A stretch of 64,000 bases of DNA from Girardia tigrina (lineage: Eukaryota), in the NCBI GenBank assembly GCA_001938485.1, contig MQRK01227093.1, positions 18,443 through 82,442 of the forward strand, in the 5' to 3' direction. Each line of letters starts with the position of its first letter. The stretch's first letter is position 1. Under the pieces are notes generated by a model. It did not search any database. It was given only the letters and a program-made list of their open reading frames with translations, and had not been told where the DNA came from. Positions 53,744 to 64,000 of this stretch are shown here, piece after piece. The translations under genes were made by a program, and so were the position numbers.

Positions 53744-53792
53744 TGTGTGTTATTGTGATTGGTAACCGAGTGAGTGATGAAAATCGTCCAAT
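53744..53792 (-). promoter_or_regulatory. Two CCAAT boxes immediately upstream of calreticulin ATG, one ERSE-like
   Basis: CCAAT occurs on the minus strand at 53762-53758 followed by N9-ACACA (ERSE consensus is CCAAT-N9-CCACG/A). A second CCAAT lies on the plus strand near 53788. Short motifs, so weak evidence. Confidence 0.25.
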
Positions 53793-54785
53793 CATAAAAC
53801 AACACAGCTGTTGATATTAGAGAAAATGATTCATTTAAACAAATGAATTTTATAGGGAAATTATTTTCGAAATTCGAATTTTCGAAAGAATTGTTTAAGC
53901 ATATTTTAATGGTAAATAGATTTTGTAGTTTTTGTAGAAAATAAAATTTGATAGTTAACAATCGCAAAGGGCTCATGAAATATTGCTTACTTAATTTGTC
54001 ATTCACGATAACTCATTATTAAGTTAATAGTTGTTTGGTGAATTTATTATTACTGTTAACTCTTAGATTTTAAATTAATTAGTTTGAATAAAGATTTTTT
54101 TGTATTAATTAATCTAGATTAACAACGGAACGATTATGTGAAATTAACTTTAGTCGTATCCTTATAGTTTCAAGAGAAGGAAGTCAATGAAATTAATTTT
54201 CTTTAAGTGATCCACAATATTGTCCTATTCATAACGATAGTAATCCAACATATCATTTAATTTATTATTCTTGCTCTCTTAATGTTTCTTTAAATAAGCA
54301 ACTTTTTATGTAAAATTTAGTTTTAGTTTACAGCTAGAACAAGAATATTGACAAAAATATAACAACTATTAATATATCAAATATTCTTTTCATCCCGTAA
54401 CAGGTTTTGAGACTTTAGGGTAGCAATTCACACTTATTTGAGTGATTGAGTGCTTATATTAATTAGTTTGACGAATGTACATGTATGAAGTTAGTTCGTG
54501 TAAAAGAGTTAACAATAATTTGTTTTAAAAATTATTTTGAAACAAGGCGCGAACATTTTCTCTCAGACCATGTGGAACATATATTTTCTTACGAGTAAAT
54601 ACGTTTAGAGTAGCTAAAGGGTTAAATTATTTATTTATCAGAACAATAAAAATAATAGACATTCAGAATGTTACTCACATGCACATTTACATGTCTGTTA
54701 AATGAGTATAAAAGTGTGTGCTTCTGAAAAAGAATCTTATCATCAGTCATTTATCTTATACATTCATTTTGTTATATTTCCAGTA

Positions 54786-55450
54786 ATGCCTAAAGTTAAA
54801 GTTTAAATGTCGAGCTAAATTAATGAAATTATTAGGAAGGATTCAACTATAACACCCAACTGTCAACTCTACTGCTAGTTGAATGACACTGCAGTGTAGC
54901 ATGACAATGTATTCTTCGTGTAAAGTCATCAGAAATCTTTAAAGCATTCCTCAAAGATTCAATCATCGTTATCAACTATGGTTAAAAACATTTTGGATAC
55001 CATTACCGTGACTGAAAAAGTAACTCTCGTATTCGTTTCAGCTGATATTCAATAACGTGAGCTTTTTCATTCTTCTGTACACCAGTTGTTTACTTAAATG
55101 GGTCATAAATGTCTGGCAACATCTATCTGTCGCCAATTCATTCGCAAAATCATAACTACAAGCAAGGGCAAACTTCCTCGTGGTTATCTGTTTACAAAAA
55201 TTGACGGAGCTTTTATCTGTGGAAAGAAATACATTCATACTGAGGTGCGTTCGATGGACGTCACAGTCAAGTCGTACATACTAAACTAATCATTTTTGTA
55301 TAAACAAGAAACTTGTATGTCATACAATTGTTGGGCACAATGACTCTTTACAGATTTAGGATGATCTTTATTAAATTATCTGACTCCATAATTGAAAGGT
55401 TCTTCTTACTTTATTAATCGAATAAGACTCAAATGATTTCAACAGTTTAT
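54786..55450 (+). pseudogene. hAT (CGGBP1-like) transposase remnant
   Basis: MPKVK..TPNCQLYC..HDNVFFV*SHQKSLKH (BED-like finger), TVTEKVTLVFVSADI, ICGKKYI; many stops. Confidence 0.6.
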
Positions 55451-55843
55451 ATTTGTCAACGACAGTTACACAGTTTACAATTTCTTGATATAATAATAAG
55501 AAGATTCTGGTTCCAAATTTGATGATAATTTTCAATTTTCTTTTTCTAAAAAAATGTTTTGTATTTTGAATTGGTATTTATACAAAATTTTTTACATATA
55601 TCAAAATATCTTATAGAAATATAATATATTTTATTAATTTAATTTATTTTTCTTTTAGATGTAATCCAAGCAAATTACGAATGGATTTAAAATTTCCCCA
55701 TCCAAAGTCACATATGAAAATGAGTTTTCATTTTTATATTTCATTTTTTTGAAATTCCAATAGTCTAAATGCTACAAATAAACTTTAAAAAGATGGCAAC
55801 TTTTTATTAAATACAAATAAACGACATTTAAAAATATATTTTT

Positions 55844-55885
55844 TGATAATATATTTCGACAGTTTAACCGTCATCATCAAATCAC
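55844..55885 (-). ncRNA. Hammerhead ribozyme motif, probably inactive (core C3 to U)
   Basis: GUGAU UUGAUGA U GACGG uuaaa CUGUC GAAA UAUA UU AUCA. Stem I UGAU/AUCA covaries with GAC/GUC of the 36.8 kb copy. Confidence 0.6.
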
Positions 55886-56090
55886 TGATAATGTTCTTTT
55901 TGTTGCTTTTATATAAGAAACGAACGATTATGTAATCACTTCCGTAAGTCTAATCGAAGACTCTTAACAAATTAGTTTAGAGTACTGTTTGAAAATTGAT
56001 TTTTGGATCACATAATCTTATCAATAATGCTTTACAAATCCGGATGATAATTTTCTATTAAAACAAACTCATCCATTTAAAAAATATATT
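55844..56090 (-). mobile_element. Inverted Penelope 3' end abutting the plus-strand Penelope
   Basis: Minus strand ICKALLIRLCDPKINFQ..NLLRVFD*, a GATTACATAATC motif, then a hammerhead motif. Confidence 0.75.
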
Positions 56091-56103
56091 TTGTTCTTTG
56101 TTA

Positions 56104-59100
56104 AATCAGAATGGTTATTCTAAATCTTTTCTGGAAAAATTAATAAAGAAAACAGTAGATAAAATACTTTTGAAAGATATTTCAAAAAAATCAAAGTTTA
56201 GCTTCTTCTGATGGATTTAGGAAAGAAATTGAAGTATCATGATATATTAATAATATGTCTAAATATTGCTTAATTGTACCTTATTTTGAAAGATTTAAAA
56301 ACTTTAAAATGCATTGAGTTAAATCTCCAGGTTTCACTTCAGAATTCATAATATCAACAAGTAGAATTTATTTAATATTTACAATCTTTTTAGAATACTT
56401 AATCAAATTAATAATCACAACTTCCCCTTTTTTATAATTCGTTATTTACTTTCTTAATCCACTCAATTCTTCGACGAATTATGTTTCCATCGTTCAGATT
56501 TTGTAGTTCCAATTGGTGTGGCGATATATATCTTAAAATTTGGTACGGTCCATCGAATGGGAAAGTGTCTTTTCTCAGTTTGTAGGATCTTGTTTTACAA
56601 AGACTTTCTGACCATCCTCGAAATGTCAATTTGTTCTCTTTTCTCTCTCCCAATTTTCCATTCGTCTTGCCGCTTTCTCTAAATTTTCTCTTACCTTCAT
56701 CTTGATCACGTTGCTCTCTTCCGTTTTAGCTATTCCTGCTGCCGCATGTAAGTTTATTTTTCTACTAAACCCAACTTCGAAGGTCGAATATCCGGTCGTA
56801 CTCTGAACTGTTACATTTAGACAGAATTCTATCTTCGGAACAATTTGCCACCATGATCGTTTGTCTGTGTTTCCTCTGCTTGTTACTATCATGTCTCTCA
56901 CTGTTCAAAAATCCTTCGACTTGACTTTCTAAATGAATGGATTGTTTTCTTGGATTCAGAAAAATTGGTTTACCTTTTGTTTCAATTTTATGAACCACAA
57001 TATTCGTAAATCCCAAATCGTATTCATGTTTCATGAAAATATCATATCGTTTCACGAGATCTTCCAGTCGTTTGTTTTGCTTTTGCAGCTTCATATCTTT
57101 CTCCACCGTCATAACTAACTTCTTGATAGTTTTTTCAAGCTTAATTCCGAATTTATGCATGACATTAACACCTCCAATGACTGTCAGTCGGATTGCTTTC
57201 ACCACTAAAAAATCTATCGCATGGCACTCTTCTTTCCATTTCAATTTCACGGTCATTTTTCCCAAATACTTATGGCCTTCTGAAAACGGTCCATTTAGTA
57301 TAATTGGACTCTTTTCTGATCTGGGTTGTCCGATTTCCAACCAAACCTTCTCACTAATAACTGAAACACCCGCTCCACTATCCAAAACATTAATACATTG
57401 TGGTTGTTAAGCTTGACATCGCTCCACTATCTACCATCTGACCCCTCTACTATCTCCGCAATTCGATTTTTTGGATATTTTATGCCGACTCCACAGACGA
57501 AATGCTCACCATGGAGTCTCTGGTATTTAAATCATCATCATATTTATCTTTACCATGGTACTATATCCACGTTTTCTTCATTGCACATATATTTGATGCA
57601 TGCTACATTAACATTCTTAATATGATTAATATTTCTGAAACCATGTTCAATTTTTCTACAGATTAAACAACAATTATTTAAAGGGCAATCTTTCCTCAAA
57701 TGCCCATGTTTTTCACAGTAATAACAATCCATTCTGGTTAAGTGCTCTTCTTCTGGAGTCAGAAGTCTCTTTATTTTGCTTCATACCAAGCCGAATTCAC
57801 TGGACTATTATATTGTTGTTTATCTTTTGTCTTTCTACTAAATCTTCTCTCATTACTTTAATTAAATCTTTCCGATGTTATTCTACGTTCTGTTCTTAAT
57901 TCTAATTGTCTATTGTTTGTTTCATTCAATCGAGCTGTATTTCTTCTATGTTCTGGATTCTCACGTCTTCTAACTTGATGTTTGTCTTTCTCTGCCATTT
58001 CTGCATACGATGTTTTGACGGCCAAAACATCATTTCTTTCTTCTTTTGACATGTTGTCTACATAAATCTTATCTTCCGCTCTCAGTTCGTCCACCGAGAT
58101 GTTAGGTTTGAAAACAAATCGATCCTTCAGAATTTGAGATTTTATCCGCTTTTTTAACAGTTCATTCAAAATTTCTTCATCGCTGTGTTTCCTAAAATTA
58201 TCAATTGTTTTCCAAACCCTTAATTCGAATGTTAAGAATCTTTCACTCTCACCTTGACAAATTTGGCTTAGTTTGTCCAATTCTTCCAACAGATGTACTT
58301 TCTTTATAAATGTTTTCCGGAACCAATTTTGGATTCCAAATCTGACATTGGTTTCTTACCCTCTTCTGTTGCATTCCCCCAAAGAATTTTAGCATCGTCT
58401 ATCAAAAAATAATTACACATTTCCGAGAATGTTAACCCAAAAAATTCTGAACATTGACATACGTCTCTATACCATATTTGACCTTCTTCAGAATCTACTC
58501 CAGTATACTCCTTCATTTGCTTCTCGAGGGTTTCCTTAAAGATTGATGGTAGTTCGAGTTTAGGAAGCCTCAAAACTTTTATTGGAATACCAGCGTGGTC
58601 CCCAGTTAAATCTCCAGGTTTCACTTCAGGATTCATAATATCAACAAGTAGAATTTATTTAATATTTACAATCTTTTTAGAATACTTAAACAAATTAATA
58701 ATCACAACTCATTGTTAAAAACAACTAACAATGAATTAAATTAAAAATTATATCACGATTTCATAATATTCAAAATACGTTCAGTAATAAATCTATTACA
58801 CATTTAACACTTTGTTCTGATATTGTTTATGAATATAAATGTAAGGGGTGCGATGTCACATACATTAGAGAGACTGCCCGTCATCCCTGTAAACGAATTC
58901 AAGAACATAGTCAAAAACAGAATATGAATTATATTTCAGAACATTGGAAAAAATGTAAATGTGATGTTAATATTGATAATTTCAAAATTCTGTGTAAGCA
59001 TTTTGACAGTTATTGGGAGAGAGTGTCGTGTGAAGCATTGCTAATTAGGTCACGTTGCCCTAAAATCAATGTTCAATCGGCAGTCTCAATCAGCTTATTG

Positions 59101-59158
59101 AGAAGTTTTTATTAAGATGATTTCATGATAATGATTACATAATCACCATTTTTGTACA
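56104..59158 (+). mobile_element. Penelope-like element (same family as 36 kb copy) split by a Gypsy insertion
   Basis: 56104-56316 and 58710-59158 rejoin to match 36086-36740. GIY-YIG tail DNFKILCKHFDSYWERVSCEALLIRSRCPKINVQ. Confidence 0.88.
56317..58709 (-). mobile_element. Internally deleted Ty3/Gypsy LTR retrotransposon with 106-bp LTRs
   Basis: LTRs 56317-56422 and 58604-58709 (2 mismatches seen), AGT..ACT ends, 5-bp TSD CATTG, PPT AAAAAAGGGGA, PBS-like TGGGGACC. Gag CYYCEKHGHLRKDC, protease LDSGAGVSVI, integrase C-terminus with FDGPYQI. RT/RNase H are missing. Confidence 0.93.
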
Positions 59159-59263
59159 GTCTTACCCTCACTAACAGCCAAGAAATTTCTGGAACCGTTT
59201 TATATACAATTGAAAATTTCTTTAAACAGCCATTCCCTCGAAAATAAAACAATAAAAAATACG

Positions 59264-60790
59264 TCACCAATCGCGGGGCTTTTCTAAACATATGTCCGCA
59301 GAACCACTATAAACGTCCACGTAATTGTTTAATTTTCTAAAATCAAAAATGGGTCTTATCTTGGACTTATTAGCCTGAAATATTCCAAATATCGGTATGG
59401 ATCCTATCGATTTACCCATTTCTTCCTCATTGCACTCGATTAGATAACCCTTTTCTACCCAACCGTCTAAAATTTTCAACGTTGCAACATCTTTTAATTT
59501 GTTGTCCTTAAAAACTGACTGACGATTCAGAAGATAACTCGGAGCCCCACTTTTCCAATTCCATTTAATCGATCAATTTTCCCTAAACTCAATTTCAAAA
59601 TTATGCTTTTTTATACTAACAAGAGGCGCATCCGATGCAGTACAACTCAAGCTACTATCTATCCTTTTAATTTCCTCTTCACCGAACTCAATAACACCCT
59701 TATTAATTTTCACACCGCCCAATTTACTTATGACATCCATATCTATTAAGATCCCTAAACCATACGGCAAATGTTCCATGACCGAACATTCCACCCTAAT
59801 GATCCTGCCATTTATATTCAGCCACACTTCACCCGAACCCACTCTAACACCTATTCCATTCGCCAAAACATACTTTCTCCGTCAGAAAACAACATACAAT
59901 CATTAACTAACCCTTTTAAAACAACCGTTTTCGAACAACCCGAATCAATCAACGCTATGGCTAACCTGTCATTTACGGTGACGATCATCGTCGGCAACGC
60001 CGTCAACTGTGAAGGGAGAGAGCCGGCGCCTACAAACTCCCCTGTTCGTTTCCCGACAGACAATATTTTGCGATATGACCCGCTTTCTGACATTTGTAGC
60101 ATATTGTTTGTCTGTTTAATTGCCACTGAGAACCCTCATGATAATTACTTTCCTTCAATTTAGTGTCTCCCTCACGATGAACATAGGGTCCTTTCTGAAG
60201 ATATGCTCTGAGTTTATCGAGTTCGCCCTGACCTCCGGAACTCCCTGTTTCTTTGATGTTGCTTCTGTGTTGTATTGCTGCTATTGAACCCCGTAATAAA
60301 CCCTTTTTAATCCCCAAATACCTGCGGTTATACTCGATCATTTCGGTCAGGGGTTGGTCACCGGCCCGTTCCAAATCCACTTGCAACTCGAAAGGCACTC
60401 CAGCCATGAAGGCAGCCTTAGATCGTCGACCTTCGTTGCTAACATCTTCACCTGAGATGCATATTCATCGATAGTCTCGCTATCGTGATACTGTAAGTTT
60501 ATCAATTGACTGTACGCAGAACGTCTAGTCAGGCCGAACGAATTGTTTAACATCTTGAAGAACCGATCACAGCTGCTTTGCGTCTTCTCGTCCGATTCCA
60601 TGTCGATGTTCAGTGCAACGCCCGATAGTAAAAAAGGGAGATACAGGGCTGGATCAATAATCTTCTGGATTTTCATAATCATTTCAAATTTCTTCTGCCA
60701 AATCTCGAAATTGATGCTTCCATCAAATTTCTCTAAAAACTCCAAAACGATTTTCATATCATTCATTATGCCCGGATAGCTTGTAACACA
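59264..60790 (-). mobile_element. Second LTR retrotransposon (Gypsy-like) gag-protease-RT start, frameshifted and truncated
   Basis: EKFDGSINFEIWQKKFE..LPFLLSG gag; CYKCQKAGHIAKYC knuckle; ALIDSGCSKTVV protease; GWVEKGYL..KIRPIFDFRKLN start of RT. Confidence 0.85.
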
Positions 60791-61029
60791 CGAAAAGTTT
60801 ATTATCAAAACACTGTTTAATTGATAATATTCAAACAAAATATTTATCAAAAAAGTAAATATTAAATATTTCAAATAATTAAAATATCTAATATCCAACA
60901 CTTTTTATAATCATTTTTAAACATTATTTGGATTTTAATTATTTAAAAATTTACAAAAATAAAATCAATAAAATTATTTAAAAGTTACAATAATAAAAGT
61001 TAAAAATTTGAATATTAAATCTAAATTTG

Positions 61030-62100
61030 AATATTAAATCTAAATTTGAATAAATTAGTTTCAGATTATAAGAATTAAAATATTAATCATCCATCTGATT
61101 AGGAGAGACACAATCCAAAATCAACACACAACATTTAAACATTCAAACACTACACAAAAACATCAACACACCAAATATTCATCACACTAACCTTTCAAAT
61201 AATGGTGATGAGAGGAATAAATTTGAATCTACATGTCGCACTGCTACCTTGTGGAAGATTGAGTTAAGGTGATCTATGACAGACTTCAATTTTACAGTTG
61301 TATCTGCACAGAAGTCATAAGTCATAAACAGTGCAATTGTGAGCAAACATGGAAGCTACATTCACGAACTTTTCACACGCTTTACATTTCACATGTGGGC
61401 GTCCCATCTCTTTCGAATTCTATTGAGCCACTAGGCTCTTTAGAGGATCCACCCAAACTAAAGAGTTCTAGCTGCCCCCGATAGGCCTCCTACGGGGACG
61501 GAGTGCTTCTGTCTCCAAAATTTCTTGGGCTTCCCTGTTACAAACGACCAATCTTGAATTGTGGTACCATGATTGAGCATCCCTTTGGCTGTATTGGTGG
61601 ACTTGGTACAGCCGCGAAAGGGACATTTGAACTTTCCCCTCACATTTGGATCTGCGATCCTAAAAGACAAATGTGTATATTCGGGATAAGTCGTTTGCTC
61701 CACCACCGTTGAAATAGTCGGGGTGACTGTTGCTGGCTGAAAATTGGTCGTTTGGATAAGTGTGGGTTCTTCATCTCTGTCTGGATTGTGCTTCTTCTTT
61801 TGGATTGCACTGATGATTCTGTCGGATGTTCATTGATATTCTCCCTCGCTTCTATTCGATGATCTTTACGCAGATGCCTAGTGAACCATCCTTTCACATT
61901 TCACTTATTGTGTTTTACACTTTCCTTCAGCAGGTTCAAACATAAATGCCTCCAAGCAGTCCCTATTATTTTCTACTTACCATTTTACATTCACTTTTCT
62001 GAGCTTGTACCATTTCATAGTATTGCGAGAAGGGCTGATAGTGGATTTTTTCTGTTGCGAAGGAGCCAATGTGTGTATTTGTGATTGAGTCTTCTGCTAC
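61030..62100 (-). mobile_element. Zinc-finger element family copy 3: up to four fingers joined directly to the family 3' repeat (internally deleted)
   Basis: KGWFTRHLRKDH; KCPFRGCTKSTNTAKGMLNHG..WSFVTGKPK; KCKACEKFVNVASMFAHNC; DFCADTTVKLKSVIDHLNSIFH; then the repeat shared with 11310-11430. No RT. Confidence 0.6.
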
Positions 62101-62184
62101 AACAGCGAAGTTTAAATCTTCTGTTGTTGCAAAAGCATCAGGTTATGATCACAAAAAATAGAAATGTAGTTTTAAAAATCGATT

Positions 62185-62292
62185 TTAAAAAAATTGCCCC
62201 CTCCCCAGTTCACACTTTTGCTTTGAACTGGAGGGCATTTTCGGTCACTGGGGAGTAAATGCCTCCCAGTCAATATGTTAAAAAAGGCCCTG
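62185..62292. mobile_element. hAT-like terminal fragment
   Basis: GC-rich subterminal motifs ending ...atatgttaaaaaaggCCCTG (reverse complement CAGGGCC..., a hAT-type terminus). No partner end found. Confidence 0.4.
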
Positions 62293-62329
62293 CCAAGCGG
62301 TGAAATGGGTGTAAAAGGAATATTTCAAA

Positions 62330-62742
62330 GGCTCACGATGTATGTAACGCACACTACTGAAGGGAAGTTCATGATGTAGGTGGACTGCGGACCAGAAAGG
62401 TTCTCGATGTGGAAAAGAATCGGAACTGAAAGCGACGAGGAGCTGTGCGCCGTGCTCAAGGTGATGTTTAACGAATTCAGCCTTCCAAAAGGGCTATTAA
62501 TGGACAATTTCGCAACCAGTCGGGTAGCAGCAATTCGGAAACTGTTGGCCGGAACGGGCGTCGAGATTATCTTCCGTTGCGCAAACCAGCTGAGTAGAAA
62601 GGGGATCATTGAGTACTGTCACCGGACGATCAATCTCATCGCAGAGATGAGTGGGATGTCAATAGAGGACATGCTTGCACGGTCCAATGCCACTCCGAAT
62701 TCAGCCAGATCGACGGGAGATCGTTCGACCGGTGCATTTTAA
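62330..62742 (+). pseudogene. Retrotransposon integrase core fragment (lineage like the 59-60 kb element)
   Basis: LTMYVTHY..VDCGPERFSMW..PKGLLMDN..FRCANQLSRKGIIEYCHRTI (rve D..D35E pattern). Confidence 0.75.
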
Positions 62743-63197
62743 GGACTTTGTTTTACGGAACTGCAGAGATCAAAGAGACAGACGGGGCCCCTGTGCTCGA
62801 GTAGTGTATGCATGTGTCTTGAGGGCAAGGGAGAGTGTGAAAGGGATTAATAGTTAATATGTCAGTTTTATAATTAATTATGGTTGTTTTAATGAAGTTT
62901 GTAAAGCGACAGATTTGAATGAATAAAGATCACCGGCTCGAAAACTTGGTTTTATTTTATCTCAATATCTCATAAATAGTATTGGATAATAACATATAAA
63001 ATATCTGTAGTAGATCCCTTATGAATGAAATATCGCAAAAACATTTATTTAATTAATTTTATTAGCAAAGAATAGTAAATATATGATATAATATACGAGG
63101 TACCGGCCACTGGATCCATCTGTGGCGGGTAACATCCTTTAAATTTGCAGGGAATTGTTGCTCAGAGAGATCGGTAGATCGACTTGACAGTATCTGT

Positions 63198-63458
63198 TCA
63201 CCGGTCAAGTTCAGTGTGTATCGGCTGATTCGTTGTTGTGTGTCGGTACTGCAAATGATCTACAGCAGTTCCCCAAAGAGTGTCATTAGGTATGCAGCGA
63301 TCGATGCAATTCAGAGCGGCGGAGAAAGAGATTGGTCGTGTCGCATCGCCCGTGTAGATCTTGTCGACGACGTCGTGTCGGTCATTGGTGTCCCGACGGT
63401 TCGATTTGTTACGCGGATGAGCGATACGGGTTCCGGTCTGTGGTATGCAATTTAAAGT
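63198..63458 (-). CDS. Possible terminal exon of an unidentified minus-strand gene extending beyond the window
   Basis: Acceptor tgatttttcctAG, then 86 stop-free codons TLNCIPQTGTRIAHPRNK...PIHTELDR* in a CpG-rich island; no recognised family. Confidence 0.3.
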   Translation of the reverse strand, partial: TLNCIPQTGTRIAHPRNKSNRRDTNDRHDVVDKIYTGDATRPISFSAALNCIDRCIPNDTLWGTAVDHLQYRHTTTNQPIHTELDR

Positions 63459-64000
63459 CTAGGAAAAATCAGATCAATCGAAAAGAACGGAACCGCAGTT
63501 AATCATATTTATAATTTATCTGACATTTTTTTGTTCACAGTTAATTCAAAATTTTGTCATTTGTGTACTTTAATCAATTAGCACACTAAACAATTTTTCT
63601 CTTTTTTGAAAGTTTTTCTTTTAATCTTCGTTAAATTTTTCGAGCAACACAATATAAATTATAATAATTCAAATTCCTATATAAAACAACAAAAATTTCA
63701 ATAATATTTAAAAATAGTGACTCAAATTAATAGTGATTTTTAATAGAACATAGTAATTAAAAATTTTGTGATATCGCTGCATGAAATCACGATGATACGA
63801 ATTCAGAAAACATATGAGTTCTAATGGATTTATTTTGGTAAATATAAATAACATAAGTAAACACGGAAACGTCAATTTATGAACAATAGTATTTTCCATT
63901 ACTAGATTGCAGGTATGAAATATTACCAAAATGTATTAGTATTTTGTTTTAATGGGTGTAATCATATAATTTTAATTGTTATAATGGTTAAATATTTTAA

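Overview
Very AT-rich eukaryotic (probably invertebrate metazoan) draft-assembly window with several N gaps. There are no prokaryotic features, CRISPR arrays, rRNA or tRNA genes. The only confidently identified host gene is calreticulin on the minus strand: 5 exons, 53728..41088, about 410 aa, signal peptide, C-terminal RTEL. Three of its introns are 56-85 nt. Intron 2 is about 11.2 kb of nested transposons: five mariner elements of several subfamilies, two fold-back elements, a DINE-1/Helentron-like element and an RLE non-LTR fragment. The rest is mostly decayed mobile DNA: mariner/Tc1/maT, piggyBac-type TTAA MITEs, hAT, Helitron, Gypsy-type LTR elements, Penelope-like elements and a zinc-finger family probably derived from an RLE non-LTR retrotransposon. 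A few CpG-rich, splice-flanked open frames may be exons of other host genes. The most notable observations are: (i) four minimal hammerhead-ribozyme motifs with compensatory base changes at Penelope 3' ends, two of them forming the inverted ends of a ~410-bp element; (ii) a calreticulin 3' end where the ER-retention signal lies on a 27-nt exon and the stop is followed by a 63-codon in-frame extension with a hydrophobic helix; (iii) a short-LTR Gypsy element with AGT..ACT ends inserted in a Penelope; (iv) a zinc-finger-only, internally deleted retroelement family with a conserved hairpin. All alignments and translations were done by eye, and family assignments rest on recalled motifs, not database searches.
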